NCBI GenBank assembly: GCA_026936335.1
Contig: JAPMXV010000072.1
Coordinates: 1-64,000, forward strand
Direction: 5' to 3'
From: Mantamonas sphyraenae STR306
Taxonomy: Eukaryota > Protista > CRuMs
Length of the DNA stretch: 64,000 bases
Shown: positions 34,201-45,849 of the stretch, one piece after another
Numbering within the stretch: the stretch's first letter is position 1
How the letters are laid out: every line of letters begins with the position of its first letter
Notes under the pieces: model-generated
Databases searched by the model: none
What the model saw: only the letters and a program-made list of their open reading frames with translations
What the model was told of the DNA's origin: nothing
Program-made: the position numbers and the translations under genes

Positions 34201-35697
34201 CACGTCGTTCTGCTGGAACGCGTCAGCTCCTGTCCATCCAAAGCTGCGTGTCAGCTCCGTTGTTTCCACAGCAAAGTACTTGCCCTCGCTCAATTGCATC
34301 AGACCAAACAGCTTTGCCAGCTCCCCCGGAATCGTTCCCTCGCCGTCCTCCTCCGCCTCCAGCGAGATCAACTGTGCCTCCTCGTCCCCGGCTGTGTCTG
34401 CGGCTCCCTCTGTGCTCCCTCCGGCTTCTTTTTCTCCTGAACCCGCGCTTTCGTGCGCCTGCCACGCAAACAGGGCATCGCGAAACTCGGGGGTCATGAA
34501 CAGCGCCTGCAGCAGCGAATTCATGTAGCACGTCGCACCCTGGTTGTACAGGCCTACGTAGCCGCTATCGTGCGCAAACGTATCAAAGTCGATGTACGGC
34601 AACGACGTCAGCTTCGTCGTTCCATACAGCTTCTCCTGCTCGGGATCCAACTTCTGCGCCACCTGCACATTCTGCGCCTCCTGGATGTACTTGATCGCCT
34701 GCAATGTGCATACACGCGCACGTGTGTGCGTGTGCGTGTGTGACTGTGTGTTAGCTATGCCCACGCCCACCTTACCATTCCTCCCTCGCTTACCTCGTCA
34801 ACTAGCGGGTGCCACGGCCTGTTGATCACCGGAATTCGTGCGTCGTACTCGTCCTGCAACTGCTGGTCTGTGGCCTGCTGCGTCTCTGTGCGCTGGTCTG
34901 CATACGGATCCAGCAACTTGGCGTCCACAGTGCCCTCTCCACCTGCACTTGCTCCTCCAATGCGCACCTTGTTCACCGGGGCGCCCTCGTTTTCTTTGTC
35001 TCCAGCCGCCTTTGCCTCGCCCGCTCCCTCTTCCTGGCCCGTTTCTTCTCCACCAAAGGCCGCTGCCATCTCCGCCTGCTCCGCTGCTTCTGCCACCTCC
35101 CTCGCCTGCTTCTCCAGCATGCTCTGTGCAATGATTGCATTCACGCCTCCGTACCGCCGCAACTCCTCGTACGACCCAATCGTGTTTGCCAACGCCGGCA
35201 GCTCGCTCCACGCGTCCAGAGGCACTTCTCGCTCCCAGTCCTGCGCCAGGAATCGCTTCAACGAGCCATAGTACGCAAACACGTCGTCGTACTGAAGCAG
35301 CGGCAGCAGAATCCACGCCGTCTTGGCGCTGATGTTTGTGCGCAGAGGGTCGCCCAGCTTGAAAACTTGCGCAAACACTGCCTCGTACGCCGGAAACTGG
35401 TCATCAAACAGCTCGAATGCGCTCACACCCAGACCTTCTATCATTTGACGTGCCTCTGACTCTTCCACATCAACGCGTGCTTCCTGGAACGCCTTGCCCG
35501 TCGTGTTTGGCTGGTCTGCTCCGTCTCTCGCTTTGTTCAACATGGCCACCGAGTGCCCGCCGCTCTGCGGCATCCCCGGCCACGCAGGCACAGTTCCAGG
35601 CCGCGTCCTGCGCTCCCCCTCTTCCTCTCCCTCCTCATCCGAGTCGGGCCATTCCTCGTCCATCGATTCCGATTCTTGCGGACGAAAGGCACTCATT
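31251..35697 (-). CDS. Ubiquitin-specific protease, USP47/USP40-like (apparent frameshift near 32520)
   Basis: Cys box GLYNQGATCYMNSLLQALFMTPEFR, LTRSFGW...QQNDVSEL, His box YELYAVLVHSGSGAGSGHYYAYI...FND. Intron 34699-34793. The C-terminal ORF 31251-32555 continues after removing one base in a G6 run. Confidence 0.85.
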
Positions 35698-35839
35698 TTC
35701 GCTTCACGCTGTTCTTGTTGGCCCGCACATCGCATTTCCCCACTCTTCCCTTCTCTCTACCTCACTCATGGCTCCACACCCTGTAGCAGGCATGTTCCTC
35801 CATCCCCATCGATGCGCACACACAGCCAATCACCGCCAG

Positions 35840-36712
35840 ATGCTGGAGCAGATCAAGTACAACTTGCAGGGCCCTCCCCTGCGGCTCCTCTGTATGTGCT
35901 CCATGTGTCCCTGTCTCTCGGCACCACTATCACACTCGTCTTTCACTTGTCTCCACTTTCCACCTCACACCTTTGTCTCTCCCACGTCCAAACCACACAC
36001 AGGGATCTGCCTCTTGCAAGTTCTCCTCCTCGCCATTTCCCTCCTCGCCGAGGTTGACCGCGCCACCTGCTCCGTCCAGGTCGGCGAGGATAACGACATC
36101 CGCATCGCTTGTACGTGGTTCTCTTCTCATCCTCTGTCACGCACTGCATGGGTGCCTGCCAGCCGCGCGCGTGGATCGCTCGAAATGCGCGCCTCACAAG
36201 GCTTTTCGGCCCCCCGTAGCGCATCCTCCACTCACACAAACCTCACGCATGCGCCCCACAACCATTACGAATCACCCGCATCCCGCAAAACAGGCGACAA
36301 ATGTAGCCGCATGTCCATTGACTGGCGAGAAATCACCCTCTTTGTCCTCGGCCTCCTCGTCGTCCTCCTCGGTGTCTTTGCCGCCCTCCTCCGCAAGCAA
36401 TTCCTTTGCAAGGCCTACGGCCTCATCATGATGATTTATTCCTTTGTGGTCGGCTTGACCTCCCTTCTCACGGGGCTTGAAGTGCCCGTCCTTGAGAACG
36501 CTGCCTCACGCGTCGAGAGTGCCCAGTGCCTTGCCTACATGCACGAAATGATCGAAAGCACCCGTGTACATGCAATCCTCTACGCTCTCACCTGTGTCCT
36601 CTGCGTCGCCGGCGCTGTCTACGCCATCAAGAGCAAAGCGCTCTTTGAGTTTCAAGCAATCGAGTCCTCACACCGCAACTTCCAGAAACGCCGCGACGAG
36701 GCCTTTCTCTGA
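35840..36712 (+). CDS. Small four-TM membrane protein (tetraspanin-like topology)
   Basis: Introns 35892-36002 and 36111-36293 yield a continuous frame with 4 hydrophobic helices and Cys-containing loops. Confidence 0.65.
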   Translation: MLEQIKYNLQGPPLRLLCMCSMCPCLSAPLSHSSFTCLHFPPHTFVSPTSKPHTGICLLQVLLLAISLLAEVDRATCSVQVGEDNDIRIACTWFSSHPLSRTAWVPASRARGSLEMRASQGFSAPRSASSTHTNLTHAPHNHYESPASRKTGDKCSRMSIDWREITLFVLGLLVVLLGVFAALLRKQFLCKAYGLIMMIYSFVVGLTSLLTGLEVPVLENAASRVESAQCLAYMHEMIESTRVHAILYALTCVLCVAGAVYAIKSKALFEFQAIESSHRNFQKRRDEAFL

Positions 36713-36768
36713 CCCTCCAACCACCCACTGCACCACACCTTTACCTTTTCACACAATGCAGCCCGATT

Positions 36769-39700
36769 TTACTCTTCTCCATCATCTTCCAGCGCAGCAC
36801 GGGCGCGCAGTTTCTTGTGCATCGTCCGCATCCAGATGTCGCTGGACACCATATGCGGCCCGTTGTGCACGCACAGCATGCACATGTGTTCCGTCATAAC
36901 CAGGTCGCTTCGGTACTTCGGAGTCAGCATAAAGTACTGCGGGTTGCCCGGCCCCACCACACCGGACACCACTTTGTTGAAGCACTCTGTTTCGTACGTC
37001 GTGTCCATCCCCTGGTTGATTTCATCCACCAGCCGGAACCCAGTCGTGTCTCCCATCCGCTGGAGGGCCATCGTGTACAGAAAAGTGCACAGAGAACGCT
37101 CGCCGCCGCTGTGTGTCCTGCCTAGCATCTTCTTCGGCCGCCCATTCAGGCTCACCATCATGTCCAGCTTCCAATCTTTCATCTTTTCCGGCGTAGCCAG
37201 CACCAGTTCACCCGCGTGACCCATCCGCTCAAAGTTGAATCGCAACAGCTCGTTCAGCCGCGCGACGCGCTCCCGAAGGTCTGTTTCCAACTGGGCGCGA
37301 CCCACCGTGTACTGCGTGCGTTTGCCCTCTCGGTCTTCCGTAGCTACGTCCAGTCGCCTTTGCAGCTCTTCCAGCTCCTTTTCTGCTCTGCTCAGACTTA
37401 CGCTCGGGTCGTCTTCCATCCCCTCCGACTCTAGCTGCGCCTCCAGCGACTGTTTCCTCGACTCCATCCCGTGCAGGGTGCGATACTCTTCGGGAAGACT
37501 CAGCAGAGCTTTCGTTGCCCCCTCCTTCTTCAGCGAGCTGTCCCGCAGCGCCCGCTTCGTCACATTCCTCTGCGTTCGCGCAGCTTCCACCTGTTCCGTC
37601 AACGTATCCACCTCCATCCGCGGCATCATCAGCTGAGCTTCGATGCTTGCCGCCGTCGCACGTAACGTCTCCAGCATCTCGCTTGCCGTCGTAAGCTTCG
37701 TCTGCGCATTCGAGCGCTCCGAAACACGCTTCACGTAGGCAAAGTGCACCCTGTTTTCCTCCATCATTGCCGCTGCCACAGCCATGCGCTTGGCACGCAT
37801 ACCATCCAGCTGCTGTCGCAGGACATTGTCCTCGCTGGAGGGCGCCAACTCTTTCCGCAGGCGTTGTGCACGTTGCTCCAGACGCTTGACGCCACTCTGC
37901 AGAGCACCCAGCCCTCCCAATGCATCGTTCACCTCCTTGCGCTTCTTCTGAACCTCCATCTTGCGCGCAGACAGCTCGGCCACGGTGCCGCTCAGCTCGA
38001 CCGACTGTTTCTTGGACGATTGCTCCGCCCGCTTGCACTCCACGACTGCCTCCTCCAACGAACGCACGTCCACCTCTCGCACATCCTGTGCCCGAAACAT
38101 GGGCGACTCTGTCTGTCGCGAGGCCGCAGGCATCCCTGTGGTCTCCTCCAGCACCTTGCCCGTGTAGAACGACCGCTTCATCACAAACAACTGCGTGGCT
38201 GTAAACACGCGCCTGACCTTGCCTTGTGACTGGTTGTACAGATCGAGCGCATCCACTTTGTCCGTCTGTGCAAATACGGGCACCGAGTCAAACTCAAACA
38301 GACTCAGTGCTCCCATCACACCCAGAGACGATCCTTCCTTGTTCTTCAGCAGCGTGTCCGACCACACCCCGTCCCCGTACAGGCTCAAATCCACACGTTC
38401 ACTCTCGGGTGTGACATGCAGACGGTCCAGACTCAGCCTGATCACATTGACATCGCTCAGCTTGCCCAGCGCGTCCTCAGCTTTGCTCAACAGCTGCATG
38501 TCCTCCGCTGTCTCCACCACAAACGCACGCAGCCTGCTGTCCTTCAGCGCCTGAATCACCACATGTTGCATCTTCACGTTGTCTGCCAGATCCAGCAGAT
38601 CAAACAGCGGGCCTTCCACCTGCCCTGTAAACCGGCTGCGGTTTTTCTCCACCCATTCTTTCATGCGTGCCTCCAAGCTAAAATTTTCCATCATCCAGCG
38701 TTTGCGCGCCCCCTCCCGCGTCTGGATGGATTGCAAGTCAGACTCAGCCTTGCGCAAGGCCGAGATGGCCTCGCGACGCTGCTGCACCAACTCCCTTTGA
38801 GCTTCGTTCAGCTTCGACTCATCCGCTTGCACCTGTGTCCACTCCTTCTCCAGAGCCTCAAGCTTCGACTTGAGATCCTGTTGTGCGTTGGACTCGATGG
38901 CTTCCTGAAGCTGTGCCTTCTTGGCAGCCAAGTCCTCCTCAACCTCGCGCAGCGTTCGCTTGACGTCTCCACGCTGCTTCATCCGAGCCATCAACTTGTC
39001 CTTCCTCAGCTCCAGCTCGTTCTGTGCATTCTTGCGTGCTGCCTGCACCTTTCCCAGTTCCCGCTTAACCTTTTGCTCCTTCGCGATCGCCGTGCGCACC
39101 TTGTCGTCGTGCTGCTTCACCAGCTCTTCGCTCTTCTTGGTTTCAGCATGCAGCGGCACCAGCTTCTCCTCCAGCGCACCAAGTTCAGCCTGTTTCTCCT
39201 CCAAGCGCGCCCTGGTTTTGGTAAGCTTGTCGTTTGCGGCCGAGTAGTGCATCCACGGAAGCAGATCTTTGTACAACCCGAGTTCCTTGCGCATCTGGGT
39301 TGCGGCCTCTGCCAGCTGGACGCGCACCTTGAGCTCGTCCACGTTTGTCTTGCACTCCTCAACCTTGCGCTCCAGCTCGACGGTGTTGTGTGTGGAGGAC
39401 GTCAGCGCGTCCTGCAACGCGATCAGATTGTTGTGCTTCTCTGCAAGCTGGATCTTGTCCAGCGCCTGTGTGCGTGCATGTGCATGTCAGTGAGGGTGTG
39501 CGAATACACACACGGACCGATGCCTCCTCGTCCGCTCCCGGCTAAACTCACCTCGAGTGTGACGGCGAGCAGCTTCTTGCCGTCGATGGTGGAAAAGTCG
39601 GGCACGCGAAACTGGGGCAGGAAGTGGCACAGGTTGTCCACCTGCACGCGGTACCTCTGGACCACACGCAGCACCAGCCGCTTGCGCACCTCCTTGCCAT

Positions 39701-40430
39701 CGATGAACCACTTGGAAACGTTGTCCCGGCCAAACTGCCGCCTGATCCGAGTGGCGGGCAGGTTGCGATTTCCTCCTGAGCTTAGTTCCACCTCCACCCA
39801 CGCCTGGGGACACGTGCGCTTCACAAAGTCCGCCAGCCGCTTGGTGCCTTCCCCTTCCTTGCTTTCCAACAGCTGTGTGGATGTGAGCATGAGTCAGCTG
39901 CCGAAGCCGTGTTCCCGAGAATCGGTGACGGGCGCCAAAAGTGCGCCTGCCCTCGTCGCACGCCTTTCCCTCACCTTTGGCGAACCTCCCAGTGCCAGAG
40001 CTATGGCAGCCACGAGAGTGGACTTGCCTGTGCCGTTTGGTCCAATAATCACGTTCATGTGTGGCCCTGGTTTGGCCACCACGTGTGAAAAGGTCATAAA
40101 GTCGTGGACCTCGATCTGCCTGATCGCCCCAAAGTTGTACCCGTCTTCGTCAGTGCCGTCGATGCGCAGCTGCTTCCTTGGCGACCGAGTCTGTTGGTCC
40201 TGCGAGGAGGATTGGGACGACGACGACATGGATGAGGAGGATGAGGAGGACGACGTCGTTGTTGCCGTGACGTACTCGAGGATGGGCGGGTCGTCGACAC
40301 GCTGCCTCTTGCTACCCCGGTGCATGCGTTCGCGTCCGTACTCTTCATCTCCGGACAGCTGTCCCTCGTCGTCGTCCATCATCTCCGAGTAGTCCAGACG
40401 TGTGGATGTACGACGCTTGGGCCTCGGCAT
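36769..40430 (-). CDS. SMC5: Structural maintenance of chromosomes protein 5
   Basis: Walker A GPNGTGKS, VQVDNLCHFLPQ, long coiled coils, HSGGERS, FRLVDEINQGMD, QYFMLTPK. Introns 39873-39974 and 39466-39551. Confidence 0.93.
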
Positions 40431-40485
40431 CGCAGCAAAGACAATACAAAAACCTCAGAAGGACACGCACTGGCTGGCACGGCGC

Positions 40486-43400
40486 ATGAGCAGCAGCGAC
40501 AAGCGCTTCAGGCTAAACACGGCCGTGCGCGTGCGACCTTTTTCCCAGGCCGAAAAGGATGTCAAGGCCGAGCTTGCGGTGCACATGTGGCACGGTCACG
40601 TGCGCGTTTCTGTGCCCGATTCCAGCCGCCTCGGCCTTGGTTCTATGTTTGACACGACCCATGCCGACCGGAAACAAAAGCAAACCGCGAGTTCGTCGGA
40701 GTCCGAAGAGCACGGTAAGGGAGCAAGGGCACAGTGGTGCTCAAGTGAGAGCAATGGGACACACACAGCTCACCCGGCCTGCCTGCAGATCGAACTGTCC
40801 AGGTGGACCACACGCTCTGGTCGTTCGACGGCCACACCGAAACAAATACAGGCCGTCTGGTGGACTCTGGCACGGGACGGTATGCGTCCAACACCCAAGT
40901 GTATAAAGATATGGGCCAGCCTGTCGTGGAGGGTGTATTGGGCGGCGTCGACCACACCTTGCTGGTCGGTGGCTACGCTGGCACGGGCAAGTGGCACACG
41001 TGCGTGGGCAATGCGCACGACAAAGGGTAGGTGAAAGGCAAAGCATCATCCGCAGGGCGGGAAGGCCCCACGTACATTGCAACCCCCCCCCGAGCTGACA
41101 CAGGGAGACCTCGTTTTTGGAACTGGGTTGCGACGGTTGCAACGGCAGCGTGTTTTTGATGATCCTGGAAGCCTTGCTAGAGCGGGTCAACAACTCCAAG
41201 ACATCCTTCAAGACATACCTAAGCATGGTGGAAGTCAACTCGGGACGCCTCAACGACCTATTTTATTCAGAGAGTGGCTACGAGGGCTCCGAAGCGGACA
41301 CGAGCGAGAGACGCAGACGGCACAAGAAGCGCGATGGCCACGGGGGCAACAGCTCGGGGTTGGACGACGACTCATCGCAACAAAGCACGCATGAACAAAG
41401 AGCAAGCGGGAAACACGAGCCACAGCTTGTGTTTGATGGCCAGCAGTGGCGTTTGGAAACAAACCCATCACCACAGGGCCAACGCAGCGCCGAAGAGGCA
41501 GGCGAGAGGAACTTGGAAAGGGCCATGGCGGAGTTGGAGAAACGTCGACCCTCGAACGCGTATCTGGAACGGGTGGACAGCGAGACACCGATCGAAGGGG
41601 TCATCCTCAACAATCACAGCAGCGCACGGGAACGTAGGACGTACAGGGAATCAGGGAGGGAGCACGGCGGTGGTGTGCACACCGTAGAGGAAGAGAACGA
41701 CCCCAGCACATGGGTGCCCATGGACAACAAGCACGTGGTGGCGAGCCAGAGTCCAAAGAAGCACACGCGAGCGTTGACATACAAACGGGTGCAGGTGTAC
41801 GACATGGACGACGTGCACACCTTTCTCCACAAAGCATGGAGCAAACGCAGCGAACCCGACGGACGGGTGGACAAAACACACCTCGTGTGCCTGGTTGAGC
41901 TGCACAAAGCAGCACACAAGTCCAGGCGCGGTACATATTATTCCAAACTGGCCATGTGCATTCTGGGTGCCGAGGAGGACCACGAAAAGCCACTGGACAG
42001 CGAGCTGTCTCGTCTGCAAACCCAATCAGTGAACCACAGCCTGTCTGTGTTGTCGTTTGTTCTTGAGGCGCTGTGCAATCGCAGCGTTGGCCTTCGCGTG
42101 CGCATCCCGTACCAGGAGAGCACGCTGACCTGGTTGCTGCGAGACACCTTGCAACCAGACTCCCATGCTGCCTATCTGGCCTGCGTGTCGCCGGCAGACA
42201 CAGAGGCGCCGCATTCGTTTCGCTCTCTCAATCTCATCGCGCACATCCAACGCGTAAAGACGCTGACCGTGGACACCAGCACCAGCACCAGCAACAGCAA
42301 CAGCAACAACAACAGCAACAGCAACAGCAATGCCGGGGTGTCCTCTTCATCTGCGAATGTGTCCTCGCTGGACGTAGGCGACGACGCATACTCAAGCTAC
42401 GGCAGCTTGCCCAGCGTAGCCGCGGGCGACAGCAACGCCTCACTGCATACACTTGGACGCGCGGAAAGTAGTGGCAGTGGCCCAGAGAGCCCGCAGCTGT
42501 CACGCATGAGCAGCGGCCTGCGCTCGTCCAGCATCAACAATACGCGACGGTACAGTTTCTACCGTGCGCAGTCGCGCAAGCGGCAGGCATCTTCAGGTGA
42601 CCTGGCACAGGAGAACCAAGACAAAGCCAACGACAGTGCAACCTACTCTCGGTTTGCACGTCTCATCCGCTCCAGCGGACCCAGAGTTTTCCTTACGCGT
42701 GCTCTCCTGGTCGAGCTGCGCCGCATCTACGTGGAAATGAGCTCACTCAGCGGCGACATGGACGTGGAGCACTTCATTGGTGCGTTGCAAACCCTTGGGC
42801 TGCGCCATTTCGTCAACCGCTGCAGCAGCGAGATTGCAGGCATGTTCCAAAAGTTCAATCTGTCGCGGTCGGGCCGTCTGAGCTTTGAGGAATTTGCGTT
42901 TGGCCTGGCCATGACCCTGCGCTCCAAGCTGGAGCCTCAAGGAGGCGAGGTGGACATGCTGTGGCAGATATGCTTTGGTTTGTTTGACCGAGACCAGGAT
43001 GGCCTGCTGAACAAGGAGGAAATGCGCGCTCTGCTGGTGGAACTGATTCCTGACGCAGCGGGGATGAACGGCGACGACACAGAAAACCAAGTGGACACCC
43101 GCCTGCTCAAGCTGTTCGACAATGCGGACGACGCCATGATGCTCGACGACGTCCAGTCGTTTGTGCTTGGCGACAAGCGGTTGGCGTCGATGTTTCGTTT
43201 TGCGCGCACGCGCGAGACCGAACAGCGCGAACTGCAGGACAAGCGCCAACGCATGCAAATGGGCCACTTGAGGCTGTCTTCATCAACCACGCGACACAAG
43301 CGGCCTGGAGCGGCCAAGAGTCAGCCAGGGGAGAACGCGGGCACGTCGCCATCCGCGCCATTTAACCCGTTGCATGTGCTGCCCACCATTCAGAGACAGC

Positions 43401-43780
43401 GTGCAAGCGAGGTTCGGTTTGGCGACCGTGTGCAGACCATGACGGATGAGGAAGAGGAAGAGCTGCGCCGCGGCGTCGTCAGCCGCGAGGGTAGTCTGGT
43501 ACGGCGTTCGTCATCGTCCAGGCACAGCGGACGAGGCCTGGTAGTGGAGAGGCAGAACAGCGCACAAATGCTGTCATCGCTGGCATCCCGTGGCATGTTT
43601 GGAGAAGAGTTTCGCTTCTCGGCAGGCCGTCTGGGCATGCGCAAGCTTCTGGACAGCGGCCTCGCCAAGGAGGAACAAAGCGAGTATGTCAACACGGGAG
43701 TGTACCCTGTGACGCGAACGGTGCACATTGGGCGCAAGAAACGCAAAAAGAAGAAGAAGAAGCGCAAGACGGAGGATTGA
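40486..43780 (+). CDS. Divergent kinesin-like protein (degenerate motor motifs) with C-terminal EF-hands
   Basis: AVRVRPF, DHTLWSFD, YASNTQVYKDMG, GYAGTGKW, NHSLSVL, IPYQESTLTWLLRDTL, ACVSPAD. EF-hand loops DRDQDGLLNKEE and NLSRSGRLSFEE. Introns 40715-40788 and 41027-41103. Confidence 0.82.
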
Positions 43781-43827
43781 ATGAATGCACGTCGGGCGTC
43801 CACTTCATGTGCGCATTCACACTGTGC

Positions 43828-44541
43828 TCACTGCGTGTCGTTGGCGGCCAGGAACTTGCGGATGCGCTGCAGGAGCTCCGATTTGACATTGTCTGGGATC
43901 GTGGCACGCCCACGGGGAATAATTTCGGCCACCAGATCGTCTGTGTGTTGTGAAATGGACGCAAAAGTGTTCCAGAGCCGAGGTTGGTGGATGTCAGCGC
44001 TTGTGCAAAGGGTGTGTGTGTGCACACGGACACGGCGGGCAGTTGCACAAAGTCGAGGCGCCAAAACCAAAACGGAAACGCACCCACGGTGGTGTTCTCC
44101 AGACCCTTGCTGCGAATGACCTCTGTACTCAACGAACGAGCCAAACGTGTGATGAAGAATTTCAATGCGATGGGGGCGGGTGTGAGCTGGCCTGCGTGGA
44201 GAAGGCTGTGAGGAGTGTGCGGGGTGAGGAAGAGCGCCACTGACCTCGGCAGTATTGCTTCAGCTCGTCCTTCCAGCCGCTCTCGACCAAGCGAGTACGC
44301 AGCAGCTCCTTGAGACTGGTTTAAAACATCCATGCCCGGTGTACAAACAGCAATGAGGCAGCAGCAGACGTGAGACGAGTGGACGGGTGTCAGCAAGGGG
44401 TCTCCTCTCTCAAGCAAAACGAGAAACGGGCGCGACCTACATCTCCTTCTCGCCAGACTCCACCAGCTTCTGGTTGATGGTCGCACGGATCTGCGCGTCC
44501 TTGATCTTCCTATCCGATCTGTACGTGGTCGCGTGTGCCAT
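43828..44541 (-). CDS. ENY2: Transcription and mRNA export factor ENY2/SUS1 (4 exons; not recovered as one ORF in the track)
   Basis: Exons 44541-44441, 44315-44245, 44122-44084 and 43940-43828 give [88 protein letters not shown]. Confidence 0.93.
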
Positions 44542-44761
44542 GATGAACGTTCCGGAGGAGTCAGTATGCAAGGTTGCTGCGTTTGTAGGTCGCCGTTGAT
44601 CTCACACCAGCGACGGCGGGCCACTACCGAGTGTTCATGCACACCTGGTCCAACAACAATCACAATGAATGGGAACAACGACGACGGCGTGCTCTCCCCT
44701 CGCAACTCACTCGCTCATCTCCACAAACGATTTTTGTTTGCTGCCTCGCCGCGCGTCCCCA

Positions 44762-45721
44762 CTACAGCTCCACCTCGACGGACCCTTCCTCATTCACCAC
44801 CACGCTGTTGTAATGCTCCCCCGAACGGATGAGCTGCCTGTGGTACGAGAGCTGGATGGCCCCCTCTCGATCATACTGGTCGCCAAACTCGAGTGGCTCC
44901 GCGTTGGCCTGATGGACGATGATGCGGCGCTGCAACAGACTGCTCAGAGCCATCAGCTCCACGTTTCCTCCCCATACAGGTCGCTGTTCCATGTCGTCGC
45001 AGTAAGCCTGATATTGCTCGCCAGACAAGCCGTCGCCAGTTGCCTCGTCCACAAGAAACGACCCGTACTCGCTTTCCCTGTCACGCAGATGCTCGGCCAC
45101 CATGCGACGTACTTCTTTCTGCGTTGTGTCATTGTCCAGCTGCAACGCCACCGCCGCAAACATGCAGTTGCCGTCTGCCGGTACCGCTCTGATCTTCAGA
45201 CCCTGCTCCCGCACCTGCTTTTCCAGCTGTTCCATTTCCACGACTCCTGGGTCAGGCCCGGCTTCCTCTTCTGCCTGCTTCACTCTTTCCATCAGTTCCT
45301 TCTCCTCTTGCGCCTTCTTTGCGCGTCGTTTTTGTGCACGGGACTGCTTCTTGCCCCCTTTCGGGTTTGCATACAGTCCTCCTCCCATCATGTCCTGTTG
45401 CGATTCCTCGTTGGCGCTGCTGTTGTTGGTTGTGTTGCTCTCCTCACTGCTGCTGCTACTGCTGCTGTTGCTGGTCGCTGTTGCCTCGCTGCTGCTTGCA
45501 CCAGCACCCTCGCCGTCTGCATCCGTGTCAAATCCTGCTTCGCGCAGCTCCTCCTTGTGTTTGGCATCCATCTCGGCCATGAGCTCGTCACACCGCTGCC
45601 TCACCGCTTTCTTGTCCCGCTTGGCAGCGCTGCCCTTCATGCGTTGGATCTGCTTCCTCAGTTCCTTCTTCTCCGCACGATGCCGAGTCTTCATCGCCTC
45701 CATGTCCTCAGTGTCTTCCAT
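44762..45721 (-). CDS. OTU deubiquitinase, OTUD6/Otu2-like
   Basis: RHRAEKKELRKQI N-terminus, VPADGNCMF, WGGNVEL, LSYHR...GEHYNSV. Confidence 0.88.
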   Translation of the reverse strand: MEDTEDMEAMKTRHRAEKKELRKQIQRMKGSAAKRDKKAVRQRCDELMAEMDAKHKEELREAGFDTDADGEGAGASSSEATATSNSSSSSSSEESNTTNNSSANEESQQDMMGGGLYANPKGGKKQSRAQKRRAKKAQEEKELMERVKQAEEEAGPDPGVVEMEQLEKQVREQGLKIRAVPADGNCMFAAVALQLDNDTTQKEVRRMVAEHLRDRESEYGSFLVDEATGDGLSGEQYQAYCDDMEQRPVWGGNVELMALSSLLQRRIIVHQANAEPLEFGDQYDREGAIQLSYHRQLIRSGEHYNSVVVNEEGSVEVEL

Positions 45722-45849
45722 TTGTCAAAGTGTGATTGATTTGGATTTTGTGTGTGTGCGTGTGCGCGTGTGTGCAGCAGAGTGCGGAGCGGAGGCCCTT
45801 TCCCACCCAGCTCAAATTCCCATCCCTTGAACGCCTGCCCCTTTCCCGG

